Assembly (NCBI GenBank): GCA_964234715.1
Contig: OZ174289.1
Strand: one strand, 5' to 3'
Length of the DNA stretch: 64,000 bases
Origin: Podarcis melisellensis
Lineage: Eukaryota
In this document: one piece after another, positions 27,895 to 41,300 of the stretch
How the letters are laid out: each line of letters starts with the position of its first letter
Position numbering within the stretch: position 1 is the stretch's first letter
Notes under the pieces: generated by a model
Told to the model about the DNA's origin: nothing
The model's database searches: none
Seen by the model: only the letters and a program-made list of their open reading frames with translations
Translations under genes and position numbers: made by a program

Positions 27895-29061
27895 AATATA
27901 ATAACCCAGGGTTGCTGTTTATCCTGGTTTGCTGTGTTGTCTGATTGCTTCTCCACAGCACAAAGAGCAGAATAAACATGCTCACTTTTCATTGGATACC
28001 AGGATTTGATACCCATGCTTCCTTCCACTATAAACAAAGGAGAGGGGCAAGGAGCTTCTCTTTATGAACAAGTGTGGCAGTGGCTAATGTAGGTTCTTGG
28101 CTAACGTAGGTTCCATTGATTTGCAGCCAGGGTGCCTGACCATCTTGTGAACCTATCTCCCTTTCTGCTCCTTTAGCTTTAATAGCCATTGTGTGTTATA
28201 CTTTGCCCTCCAATGGCAGTCATTTTGTGACTGGTGTGCTCCCATTGCACCTTTTCCAAATTTGAAATGTGCCCAATGGCCCCAAAAGGTTGGCAGCCCC
28301 ATCCTCACAACTGATCCTTATTCAGTGCATGCAGAGACTGCAAGCTGTTTGTGGGAGCATTTGGTGGTTTTAGTCAGGACTCTGTTGTTTGGCTAATGGT
28401 AGATGGCCCCATAAATGAAAAATGTGTGGGTGATAAGCATAAAAAAGATATCTGGTTACACCCTGGGCATTGGACCAGGAATAAAATCACTGGTGCTTTT
28501 GCAATGGATTTCTTCATTTATGAAGGATGGAAGCAAATTAATATAGATTTATGGAGACTCTTCAGCCAGGGTGCAATCATTTTGTGGAAGGCTACTCTCT
28601 CAAGCTAATAAAAGCAAGCGTCAGAAAGCATATAAACATAAAGTGTGTATCAGAGCCTCTAAGCAATTAGGAGCTTGTTTCCAGGAATCCAAAAATAAAT
28701 GCGATGCTTCTCCTCCCAGACAGCTAAAGAAAGCTTAGATTGATATGCCTATTTGGGCTGCTTTGACAATAATTCACTCTTATTTTTTGGAAAGAAAGAA
28801 GACATTTAGGGCAAAACAGTCTAGGTCTCTCCCCCTACTTGCACTGAAGATAAAATTTGAAATTTTCCATTTGCCCAGTGGATTCCATTGTGCTGATGCC
28901 AATCAGATTAATCAAATCTCTCCCAATTCCTCTTTGTTATTCACATCTCTTACTTGTCAAGGACTCCTGAAGGGTTACATATAGTGGCTTCATTCTGTTG
29001 TTCAAAACACTGGTCAGTTGCTAACCATGTTTTCATGAAGGGTAAGGCTATCAGTTAATAG

Positions 29062-29455
29062 TTTTTCTCCCTTTCTCATAATGTGAGAACTTTGGGCCAT
29101 CCAGTGAAGCTGAATGTTGGAAGATTCAGAACAGACAATAGAGCTTCTTCACATAACACATAGTTAAACTGGAATTCACTAGTGATTGCCACCAACTTGT
29201 TTGGCTTTAAAAAGAGAAGTAGACAAATTCATGGAGGATAGGCTAATGCATGGCTACTAGCCACAATGGCTATGTTCTGTCTCCACTATCAGAGGCAGTA
29301 TACCTCTAAAGACCAGTTGTTGGGTAGCACAAATTGCAAGACTGCAGTTGTATTCAGGTTTTGCTTGCAGGCTTCCCATAGACATCAGGTTGGCACTGAA
29401 CATGACTATGAATTTGAGGGACCATCAGGGCTATCCTTAATGTTCTTATTAAACT
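29062..29455 (+). mobile_element. Decayed CR1-like 3' region; related copy at ~5600-6035
   Basis: The two regions share ttctcataa...aagctgaa...ttcag...acag...ttcaggtt/ctgcttgcaggcttcccataga motifs. Confidence 0.6.
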
Positions 29456-30344
29456 GAACATTATTTAAAAAGAAAATAATAATTTTGCAATAACTTAGAT
29501 TTATTCATATTTTTACCTGCCCTTTACCACTAAATTGGAATCAGCTGTTGTAGCAGATAGTTGGCAATCACAGAAGGCAAACAGTTGTACTGGAGTAGAT
29601 CTTTTCTCCTTTTTTTAATTTCATGGAGGGTTTTTTTTTTCCTAATGTGGAAGAATATCAAAAGTGGCATAGGCTTCCCCTCAGTGTGAAGTGGTATAGT
29701 CTGTGCAACCACCTCCTCAACCAAGCACTTCATTTCTGCTGTGCATGTGTAGGCGTAGTCCAAGATGACGAAACATATAAGATGAAACATATAAACATAA
29801 CAGACACAGGTGCTGCTGTTGGTGCTTTTAATGGCAGTAGCTGGCATTAGGCCCTGAAACGGCATCAATACCCCTTCATGGTGTGGCAGTGGGAGAGCTT
29901 CCCCCTCACCCAGAGTCTGACGTTTCACAGCCCATTTTGATGCCTCATTCTGGAAGTAGAGACTTTGAAAAGGGAGAAGGAAGGTGAAATAAATTTCACT
30001 TGATCTTCCCACTTCAATATGTGCCTTGAAAGATTTGATGGTAGGAATAATATAACTGTATCTGCTTGCGTGTGTACCTCATAAATTACATTTATTCACC
30101 AGCTGGATCTATGGGACTTCTTACTAAGACAAAACGATTACAGAAGAAAATCCATTTTGAGGTGGTAATAGCAGGCTTCTGCTCCCGTCATTTACTGCAA
30201 AAGCACCATTAGAGCACATTATGAATTTAGTAATCTCTTTGACTGACAGGGTGGGGAGTAGCAGGAACTTGAAGCCTGATCATTACTTTGCTTAGTTTCA
30301 CACCTACCCCTTTTCGCTTTCTTTCTCTCCCCCCCCCTTTTCTA

Positions 30345-33111
30345 GATACAAGTTATTTTATGATAACAAAAAACCAAAAACATACACATCACAATCAAAA
30401 ACTTAAACCATAAATCTTAATTGACTTCCCTCCACTCCCCCTCCTGGTTCCATTATTTTATTCATGCACGTCCATAAAATAGTATATTCTTAACAGTCCA
30501 GTTTTAAAACCTTACTCATCTTGTTACAAGTACCTTTTAGAAGTTCAACTAATGTAGAAGCCTGTACACAAAGCTTGCAAAGTATGCATTTCCCCTTTTA
30601 AAAAAATCAATGTCCTTTTTCTTTCTTGGGTTTCAAATTATCTAATATGTCCTGCATAGTATACTAATTTGTTTTGCCAATCTTCTTTATCTTCTTTGGC
30701 GGTGGCTTCTTCCTTCTGTAGGGATGGGCTGGTCTTGGTCTGGCGTCCACTCTCGGATGCAGGGACAGAGTCGTTCACTCAATAAATCCATAAAGTCCTG
30801 AACCTTTCAAAATCATAGCATCTGTTGTTTTTTAACAAAAATCATTTTCAACATTCTCTTCAAATCTTTATATGTCACTTCCCAGGCCTTCTTAATAACT
30901 TTACATTGCCACCACATGTAGTAGCCTCTCATACCTTTTGCCCTCCTTTCCTGTTTTGTCTCCATCACAGTCAAAGCCTCCCAAATCAATTCACATGAGG
31001 TGCCATTTTTGTCGCGGACCACCCTTACTTTCCCTTGCATTTTCCTTGAACCTCCCACCTCAGTGGTTTGTACATTGACCTCTTTAAATTGTCCCACAGC
31101 CTCTGAAAGTAAATTAGTATTTTCCTGAATTTGAGAAGCTGCCTTATCATTTTCCTTTATCTGATCAAACAGTTCTCTTTTAAATTCAAAAAGCAAATCA
31201 TATAATTCATATTTTATGTTCTCTTGTCGGCCCTGCTGGTTTGTTTCAACACTGAGATTTTTTCTTCTGCCATTTCTAATTTGGGATGAAGGGGGGCCAA
31301 TTCTCTCCCCATTTCCCAACTTTCTCTCTAAGATTCGAAAACAAAAAGTCCTTTCCCACCAAGGAAGGTGTTATTTTGGCTTTATCAGTACTTTATTAGG
31401 CCATTTCACTAGACTCAGTAGAGAAAACCATTACTTCCAGCCTTTTTTTCTACCCCCCTTCCACTTTACTCACGAAACCAGATTTTAACGGTTATCAAAA
31501 TGATTTTTAATTACCAGTATGAACAAAACTATAATATTAATGTTATTTTAAAGTCTAATTTAGTTCAATATTAGCAATAAATATTATAGTCCTCTTTTTT
31601 AATCTTTATTTTTAACCAGCTGATACCTTTTAATAAAATAAGTCCACAATTATAATTCCATTAGGTTAGATGTCTTCAACACTCTGAAAGATCAAAAATT
31701 TCTTTCCTAAAAGTAGCGTAGATTCAGAGAATCAGTCCAATCTTTCTTCTAGAGAGGAAATTTGTAGTATTCTTCCATTAAATAACATTGCAATTTCTCC
31801 TGTTTGACCTCCATTTTCAGTCAAGTTCAATCACAACATAGGATAGATTCAGGTTTAAATTGAATTCAAGTCAATTTTGATGTTTTAAAAATTCTTGAGA
31901 TTAGTATAAACGAAAGCTGTGTGGAATCTTTTAATCCTTATTGTTCATTAGTTAACTTATCTCCTAAAGTAAACTTCATCAACACTTCACTTGTATATAT
32001 TTCGTGCTCGTAGCACCAGGAACGGGAGTGGACTTTCTTTTAACACTCCTGTTTTTTTTGCCGAATCGATCAAATTAAACAGTCCTCACCTTTGCAGTCG
32101 CCTTCAATATGCTGGAATGGTAACCACTTGTGGCTGGATCAGAGGCTTTGCCTCACAGAGCTGTGGTGATGTCTAGTTCGCCAGCACTTTCTTTTTTCAA
32201 ATACTTTATTGAAATTCGTATATAACATAGATAATGTACACATGCTTGAATGAACAAAAATATAAACAGAACCATATAAACAAAAACCATATACAAATAA
32301 TCTTCTATATGTTTACAGAAATTAAACTTGACTTAGATTTATGCTGTTTCTCCCCCCCTTTTTTTCCCCTTATCTTTTTACTAACATAAAATAAATGAGA
32401 CTAGATTTCCTATCATTTCCTGGTGCGTCATCTTTCTGATGATGAATGTACGTATCATTATTAGCTTACTCATTCTATATTCTCTAATACATTCTTACAA
32501 CAATTTGTCTTATTTCTTATAGGTTACTTTAGACGAGGGTCAATCAAATGCTTCCATAGACATTATACCACTGTTATAATTTTGTAGATACCTCTTATAT
32601 TTATTCCATTTTTGAACAAACACTTGTATTTTATTACCACTCAAACTGTTGGGCAATAGCGTCATTTCTGCAATTCCTGTAAATTACATTGCCAATCCGA
32701 TAATGTTGGAACATTTCCCCCTTTCCAGTTCATTGCTACCAGTGTTCGAGCTGTGGCTGTGGCATATAGGAAAATTTACCTTAATTTTTTCGGAATGTCA
32801 TTGCCTAAAATGCCCAAAATGCCTCTGGATTTTAAAAGAAATGTTAGCCCAAAGATTTTTGCCTCACGGAGCTGCGATGGTGCCTAGTTCACCATTGCTT
32901 TCACTCGGCTCCCCCCCCCCCGCACCTCTCGGGACAGAGAGCAGAGACCGGCAATGCCAAGCTGTCCTCTGTGAACAGCAGGACCCCGAGACACCCTAGT
33001 ACTCCTCTTGGAGTTTTTTTGGGAAGTGCTCTTCCCAGAGGCTCCGTGAGGCCGAATCTGACAGAGCTGTCATATCCACGGTCGGTCTGCCATGTCACGG
33101 GAACCCGGAAG
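30345..33111 (-). mobile_element. Non-autonomous, internally deleted L1-derived element, interrupted at 32192-32857
   Basis: Minus-strand 5' end acttccgggttcc...catggc with CpG-rich UTR; ORF 31319-30813 has a charged, coiled-coil-like start and ends with the L1 ORF2-tail-like YMWWQCKVIKKAW; downstream KEDWQNKLVYYA remnant; no EN or RT region seen. Confidence 0.7.
32192..32857 (-). mobile_element. L1 3'-end fragment nested in the element above
   Basis: Decayed ORF2 tail (FLYATATARTLVAMNWK...SDWQ); minus-strand aataaa and A-rich tail; flanked by a 45-bp direct repeat. Confidence 0.75.
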
Positions 33112-33974
33112 TGCCCTTTTTCCATTTTCACCCTTCTCTTCACCAGACCCCTGAAAAGTGATCTGAAGGCAAGCACCTAGATTTTGGCAGGTTCTTCAAC
33201 CCACCCAGGATGAAATGGGGCTGTGTGCACAATGGCTGCATTCACATCACAGTCTATTCTGTTTTGATTACTTTTCCCAAAATGTTAAATTCCACATTAT
33301 ATTTTAGCCTTCAAATGATGTAAAAGCCACTTCCGGGCATTTTGCATAGGTTTTGCATTCATTTCCGTATTTTCTTGCAAACAATTTTTTTCCCTGGATG
33401 CAGATAACCCAGTAATTCCTGTACAGTATAGGGAAGTTTTTAATGTGCGATGTTTTACTGTGGTTTTATAATTTACCAGAAGTCTCCCAGAGTAGCTGAG
33501 GCACCCCAGTCAGATTGGCTGCATATAAGTTGTTGTCGTTGTCGTTGTCATCACAAAGCTTGCAGTATATTCTACTGTAGTTCCAGAAGTGACTTGCTGC
33601 GGCAATGCTGCCTGCTGCAAGGTTGCCAATATAGGACCAAGGCCACTGATATTGGGGGGAAATTTGAGGGAGCTTTTGCTGAGAGCTTCATCAAACCTGG
33701 AGTTGGCTCTGTTCTGGGTTGCCCATAGTCCACCCTCCCCTGTGGTGAAGTTGATGCACCCTTTCCAAATGTTTGGCCCATTACAGAGAACTTTGGGTTG
33801 ATGAGAGAGATGATGCTCATTTGGGCTGGGCACAGCCCACAAAAGACATATCTCTCCCCCCTCTCTGAAAATCATGGTTCTCTTTGCTTGATGATCCCAT
33901 ACTAACCTCTGGATCATGGCACATAACAGCCATTTCCTGAAATCCTGTGACCTGAAGAGACTATTCAGCTGCCC

Positions 33975-34390
33975 AGACTTTGTTAGCTGAGAGATTGAAA
34001 GAAAACATAGTCCCTACCAAGGAAGAATGGCAGATAAAACTGATGGACTGTGGTGAAATGGCAAAACTGACTGGAAGAATTAGGAATCAGGAAGATTTAA
34101 ATTTTAATAAGGAATGGGGAAAGTACACAGTGTATTTAAAAAACTACTGTAAACACGTAAAATCATTAGTAGGACTAATATGACACTTGTAGCTAAAAGC
34201 TGGATTCTGGATTAGTTAAAGATTTGATAAAATTGGAGTAACAGACGAGATGCAGGAGAAAATATTGGCATAAGGATCCACAAAAGAGGAGGAGGGAAGT
34301 CAAAGGGGATTTATTGATTATATCTTAATTGTTTTCTTTGCTGTTGTTTGTAAACCTGGAAATCCAAAAATAAAATGAAACAAAACAAAA
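33975..34390 (+). mobile_element. L1 3'-end fragment
   Basis: LAERLKENIVPTKEEWQIKLMDCGEMAKLTGRIRNQEDLNFNKEWGKY* (L1 ORF2 C-terminus), followed by aataaa and an A-rich tail. Confidence 0.8.
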
Positions 34391-35032
34391 CAGGCCTTTT
34401 CAATTGTTAGCATATGCTATATGTGATAGGAACCTGCATATTTACAGTTTGCACACATTTCTGAGGTAGGGTTACCAGACGTCCCCGGTTCCTGGGGACT
34501 GTCCCTGGACAAATTCCTTCCCCGGAATGTCCCCAGATTTGCAAATCTGTCCCTCAGAAACGTGGCAGTGGCAGCCTCAGCAGCCCGGAGCTAGCCTGGT
34601 AGCGCAGTTGGCTCTGGCTGGCTTCAGGAGCTGCTCGCTGCCGTGACGCCCGCCATTTTTCCTGTGCAGAAGTCCCCATATGATGTGTCTTGTGCGGAGA
34701 GGAAAAATCAGTTCTGTGTGGATACCTATTTTGACATCTGGAGGTCTTATATTAACTTAAGATGGACAATACTGGTGGTTAGTGTATCATTAATGTGAGT
34801 TGATAGGAGTATTATCATTATTATTCACATGTTCCTTTTTTCTTTCAATCCTTCTTTGTTTTTATTTACAACTAAAAAGAAATTTCTGATGCAGCCTTGA
34901 ATCTTTTCTGATGTAAATGATGCAAATTATGCTCATCTGTATAGGGGGAAAATTCCAGAATATTTTCCTATTTAAATTATTTTGGCAGACACATATTACC
35001 ACCAACAATCCTTCTCGCTATTTTTTCCTCAG

Positions 35033-35336
35033 GCTTGGCGAAAGCGCTGGTTCGTGTTGCGCCAGGGCCGAATGAGCGGAAACCCTGATGTCCTGGAGTA
35101 TTACCGAAACAGCCATTCCAAAAAACCCATCCGGGTGATCGACCTGAATGAATGTGAGGTGGTGAAGCACTCGGGCTCGAGCTTCATCAAGAAAGAATTC
35201 CAGAACAACTTTGTCTTCATTGTGAAAACGACTTACCGCACCTTCTACCTGGTGGCCAAATCGGAGGAGGAAATGCAGGCTTGGGTGCACCACATCACCC
35301 AAATCTGCAACTTCGGACATTTGGAAGATGGAACAG
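35033..35336 (+). CDS. GAB3: GAB3 exon 2 (304 nt), bulk of PH domain
   Basis: ttttttcctcag|GCT...ACA G|gtagg; AWRKRWFVLRQGRMSGNPDVLEYYRNSHSKKPIRVIDLNECE...TFYLVAKSEEEMQAWVHHITQICNFGHLEDGT. Confidence 0.98.
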
Positions 35337-38300
35337 GTAGGAATGGAAAGACGGATCAAACTCATGCAAAAGTGGTTCATTCACTGTTAATATCTTAAAT
35401 GGATCACAGCTTGGTTGGAGAAAGTCTCTGACCATGTTGAAGCATTTTGCATACCTATGGAAGGGGGCATTCCTCCCCACCTCTCAAGTTTTTTGAATCT
35501 TGTATTTTGGAACATGTTTGTAAAAGTTTCCCTGACCAAAACCACTTTTAAATATATCTGCTTTTGTCTGAAATTTAGAGAAGCAAGCACCAAAATCTTG
35601 AAAGAGCCTTTCGCAACCTGGGGTCCTCCAAATAGTTTGAACTACAAATCCCATCAGCCCCAGTTCAAAACCTCTGGAAGGCACCAGTTTTGGGAGAGAA
35701 CTCCCTTTAAAGAGGCAGGTTTTCCAGTCACAATTCTCCAAGAGATTTGCAGCGTGCACTTTCATTTTTATGCCGTATGCCTGGGAATGAATCATCTTGC
35801 AGATGGCTTGTTGATTACGAGAAATGTTTCAGTGTCCCTTAAAAGAAAAAAAGGGGAAACTAAAAGCCAGTTTTCTGATGTTATCACTGGAACATACCAA
35901 ATCTATATACCACTTTAATTTGCTTTTAGACTTTGAGGATGCAGCTTAACGTCAGATGCATTTAGCCCAATGTATTTATTGATTGAGGGGATGGGTTGCT
36001 AGAATCCTCAGCTTATATTATCAGCCAACATAGCTGTAGCTCAGTATATTTGCATGGCAAAAGAATTGCTGAGTAGCAGGCATGCCACAGGGAAGAGATG
36101 GGGAGCCCACTGAATATTTGCAGGACTACAATTCCCATCAGGCTTGACCATTGGCAGTGCTGGCTAAGCTGATGGGAGCTGAAGTCTAACAACCTTTTTG
36201 GCGAATCACAGTATCCCCATCTGTGCCTTAAGAAGCACTGGAACATATGAAACTGCCTCATACTATGTCGGACCAATGGTCCATGTGGCTCAGTATTGTC
36301 TACATTGATAATCAGTGGTTCAGGATTTCCGATGGGGACTCTCCCAGTCCTACCTGGAGATGCTGAGAATTGAATCAGGGACTTTATACATGCAAAGCAG
36401 AGTTACAGCCATTCCCACTGTGGTTGCAGGTATAACTGGCTGATATTGGGGAAGGGGCTCCCTTAAGTACTTTAGTCCCAAGCCATGCAGGACCTTGTGT
36501 GCTAGTGCTAATACCTTGAATTAGTTAATTGGCAGCCAGTGCAGTGCTCTGAGTGACACATGGTTCCATTGGTCTGTTCCACTTACCAACCTGGCAGCCA
36601 CATTTTACACTAGCTGCAGTCTCCGGATGGTATTAAAGGGCAGCTTCACATACAGTTCATTACAGTAGTCCAGGCAGGATGGACCAGAGGTTTATGAGTC
36701 TGGTAGCTTCCTATGCATCATAAAAACAGAGGTATTTCAAGGGTCTCCAGTATATACATCATGTACTCTCCTATCTTGCTCTGTAGTCATATGTGCAAGC
36801 TTCAGTGATTTTTCTTTTCCCAATTAGTGCTTCAGCTTATCAAATAAAGCTTTATTCTGATGGTGAAAGCAGACTGCTGCCTTGATTGCCGAGCAGGGAG
36901 CAGGAGGAAGAGAAGGGGGAGGGGGGAGAATGAGAACAAACATAGAATCTCTTTGCTCCCTCCATAGAACACGGACATACATAATTTATGGTCTGCAGAT
37001 GCTGCCATGTGCCTTTAATGGACCTCAATTTTATTACTAGGCTCTTAGGAAAATGTGCAGAAGGCCACCAGCTTCTGTCCTTGGAGCCTGGCTTCAGATG
37101 TCGGCACAGCCCAAAGGGACACTTTCGTATTCTCACTTGCTCTCCCTGCAAAGAGCATTTGCTAATGGGCTGGAGAGAGTACTCAGAGGAATTAGTGCTT
37201 GCCAGTTCTGAGCCTTGGAGATCAACTTTCTGCCCCTTTACTCTGTGTGACTTTTGCTGTCTGTTTCTCAGAGACATTGTGCATTTGCTGTGGATTAGCT
37301 GCATGTAAGCTAGCCATGTTCATTAATTTCAGTGGGACTACTCTTGAATAGGACTAACATTGGCTGTAGCCCATAGCTGCCAAGGAATGAACAGGAGCCC
37401 CTAAAAATGGCCTGTATTGGGTCGGGGAGATCAGAATCCAACCTGCTGACAAGATCCTGATCCTTTTCCCTCGGGTATAATATTTGTTGGGAGGGGGAAC
37501 TTTCAGACTCTAATTACTCTATGCGCTGCTTTCCTGCACCTCAAAGCAGCTTATAGTCAACAAAATACAAAACTGGAAACTGGAAAACATCAAATATCCA
37601 TAAACAAACCCAGCAACCAGAGTACAAAAAGCAAACAAGGTCATTAAAGTATTCGGAGGAGAAACGTGTAAAATAATTGGAAACGGTGTTGTCTTAATAT
37701 TTAGTAATCTTGTGTGGCACCAGAGAACTAGTTTGTTATCAAAAGCAAGGAAGTGAAGGAGACAGAGGACGGAAAGTGTTTGTGAGCCCACATTGGTCAG
37801 ACCATGGCTTCAAGGTTGTGATTTCTGAACAAGGTACTTCTTCCTTGGGTATGTCCATGTTGACAGTTCAACTTCCTGCAAGACTTGGCCTCGCCTCTGT
37901 CTCCAAAGTATCTAACACTTACTCCACCAGCAAGCCATAGGCTCTCAAAGAGGAACTCCTTTGCCACTCATTTGAAAAGTGGGTTTTCTTTCACGTCATT
38001 AAGCAGTTCAGCCCCTTAAGCCTTGGATACCCAACGTGATGCCTCAATACTTTGTGGGACTACAACTCCCGTTATTTCTGACCATTAGCAATGCTGGCTG
38101 GGGCTGATGCAAGTTGGAAGTCCAACAGCATCTGGAGGGCTGTGTGTTGTCTTAAACTGTTCATGTCAAAATTTATTTACTGACGGGTGTAAGAATCTTT
38201 GAGATTCCTAATGAAATCGCTGTAAACTCACCTCAGGGATGGATGATCAATGGTAGAGCACCTGCCAGTTTCTTTCCCCTTCCCCAAAATGTTGACCTTA

Positions 38301-41300
38301 GAGACTGGGAGCATTTGTTAGTAGGAGCTTTTAAAAAGCAAGCAAACAAACGAACCCAACTCTATCATAATTTGAGTGCTCATTTACATATAATACCCCT
38401 TTCAGAATACTGTACATTCAAAACACTTGCCCCAGATGTACATAAATCCGAGACCAGACTTACAGCCCATTAGCTGATCCCTGCTATATGAGCTTGCTCT
38501 ATTCTTTATATGGCCAACACTGATTTTCCTTCCCTGCTTCTGGTGGGGTTTTTTTTTCTTTGTCTGTTTAAATATCTATGTTCACAATCGTATGGGTCCT
38601 GTTTTTATCTTCCTATATACATAAAAATTTAAGGCTGTCATCACGCAGCCACCATTAGAGGATTTGGAGTGCCACATCACAGGGTAGGGGATGTGGGGGG
38701 TGGGAGAGAGCCAGATTTAAAAATGGCAATTTTAAACAACAGCAGTTTGGATGAAGGAAGGATGGAGACACACAGAGGAGTTGCGATGGGATGTGGAGTT
38801 TGAAAGAGCTGTGAGGGTTTTGGGTGAGGTGTAAAGGGGCAGGGTGGGGAATTGGCAAGAGGCTTGAGGGGTGGGGTTGGTGAGCAATGTAAGCTGGGGG
38901 CAGCCCCTGTTGATTATATACTTGAAGAATCATATACCACCAGTTTTAATTTTCATTTATTTGTTTATTCCAAGAACAACAGCAGACTATGCAAGTGGTT
39001 AGGGATAGGGAGAACATCCTGAATGAGGGGATGCTACATTGGGGAAGGCGGGCTTTGGCTATGGAATGTTAAGGCAAGGGGTTTGTTGAAGGGAGGTGAA
39101 AGAGGGGAGGTGGGTAGAGAGGATTTGCTGGCTCGGAATGGTTTGGGAAGCTAACTACCTCTCATTGCATTAATCCCAGACTCCAGTTTGCTGTGATTTT
39201 GTATACATTAGTCCTCAGATAAGCATAGCCATTTTCAGTGTCAGCTTCTGCAAATGTGCTCAGACCATTTGCAGAAAATTGAATGGTCTGAATACAAGTA
39301 TTGTAAAATAACTCTCTCTCACACACACACTCTACTCAGCACAATACTGTCCAGGTGTTTTGGACTACAACTCCCATCATCACCTGCCATCACAACTGAT
39401 GGGAGTCGTGGTCCAAAACACCCGAAGGGTGCCAGGTTGGGAAAGGATGTTTTCTACCTGCTTCCCTGGGAGATGCAAAATGGCTTACAATAAATTATGC
39501 AAATCGAGGGATTCTTGTTTCTTCCCTTCAGTGGGCAGCTTCATTTGCCTGAGTCTGAGTTCTCTCCAGAGATTTGGATTCTAGCCTTGCCTGTTTTATC
39601 TGAATGTCACTGAGGTTTATCTTCAAGGATCACACAGCCCATTAGAAACCCTATCACTATTAACAAGGGCTCCAGGACAGTTGGAGCAGATGGATGAAAT
39701 CCATCTTACCTCCGGCACTCCCCAAACGGGTCAGCGCCTGAAGAGAGAGCACAGGTTGGAGAGATTTTTAATTGATGTGCTGCCCCCTCCCTCCAGTAAT
39801 TGCAAAAAGAGCTCACAATGCACAAAACGCCCAGCAATGATATGTCATTCAGAAGACATATTGCATCGTGCTCCCTGCTTCCCTGAGCAGTATGATTTTC
39901 CAAGGGTGGTGCTTTGGGTTTCCTTTCAATGAAAGATCATTGGAGACCTAATGATTTTTTGTTTTGTTTTGTTGTTACTATTTTGGTTTACTTACTAGTT
40001 CCCATGTTGGAGCATGAAAGGGCATTGACAGGCAGCATTGCACTCTGAAAAGCAGCAGATCAACTCCCCCCACACCAGACCTCCCCCCTCACACACAGAA
40101 TGGTAGCTTAAACCCCCCTTTCCCTTCACTTTACCCTCTCTGCCCCCAGTAATCAGATAACAACCTTGATCCCTTTGAAGATGCTATTCTATCAGCCGCT
40201 TGGGAAGCACGATGAGCCTATTTATTTATATATAAACATATATATACATTTTGCAATCAAGCAGTGCATCAATTCCATGAAATAAAATAAATAAATGCCC
40301 CCCCCCATTACCAATTTAGAGAATGGCTGTCCCCTCGGTCCATCCCCCCGCTCCCAAAATATGGTGTCTGATTGGCTGAGCCTGCCATCACTCTCACCCT
40401 GGGCTTGGAAATGATTCAGTTTAAAATGGTGAACAGTTGCAGCCTTGGGGACAGTGAGCAGCACTTCACTTCCTGGCATGGGCATGGCCAAAGGGGGGCA
40501 GTAGGGGCAGCTGCCCCCCCGACCAAGTAAAACAATAGAAATACTTAACTAACTGACCAATGACATCAGTCCTGCCCCCCCAAACAAAAGTCCTGGCCAA
40601 GCCCATGCTTCCTGGTGCAGGACCATTTGGTGCTGCCAGTTCCCTAGCCTCTGGCTGCCTGGGGAGGAGGGCACCCAGGCTGTTTGGGTAAGGTGGGTAC
40701 CTAGGCTCTAACTGCACCAGTTTCTGGCTCTAACTGCACCAGTTTCTGGTGGTATGAGTTCTTGCCCCAGAATATGTGACCTTTCATGCCAGATTTGGCC
40801 TGGGACATGTGCAGGAAGATTGATTTTGCAAAATAGAGGCCATTTTATCCAGTGGGTCATTAATTACACCGTAGTATCGTCTGCAAATTCTTTTACATAC
40901 TTGTTCAAAAATGCCACTTTAAGGTGCAGCGAGGACTTCCAACACTTTCTAGTTAAGCTGATTCTGCAAGAATGGCAGTGGCATTGCCAGACAAGGCACT
41001 TCCGGAGGACACAACACCCATCTCCCTTTAGCAGTAACCCCGATAGTTTAGAATATTGATCTTGCAACCTTTTTGGAAGCAGCATTGCTGGCAGCAGCAC
41101 TGCCCATTTCTATGCATCAGATGAACTCTGTATCTGAAAAGCTGTTTGTGTTCCAAATTGGTCCATGACTCATTTAACAGTAAGATTTAAGTGGCTTTTC
41201 TAAAATGTGTAGGCTTTCATTGTAGACATAATGTAAATGCATGCATGACTTTTCCTTTGCTTTAATCAATAAGCATGCACTTGAGTGTGTGGCTGTTTAT

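Noticed and set aside
32860-33111. CpG-richer patch as an alternative GAB3 promoter
   Set aside because: Explained as the 5' UTR of the antisense L1-derived element.
1-35032. GAB3 exon 1 and promoter
   Set aside because: No sequence encoding the expected N-terminus (GWLxKSPPERKL-like) and no non-TE CpG island found; it presumably lies upstream of the window.
38650-39150. G-rich purine tract with G-quadruplex potential (gggtaggggatgtggggggtggg)
   Set aside because: Low-complexity intronic tract with no supporting context.
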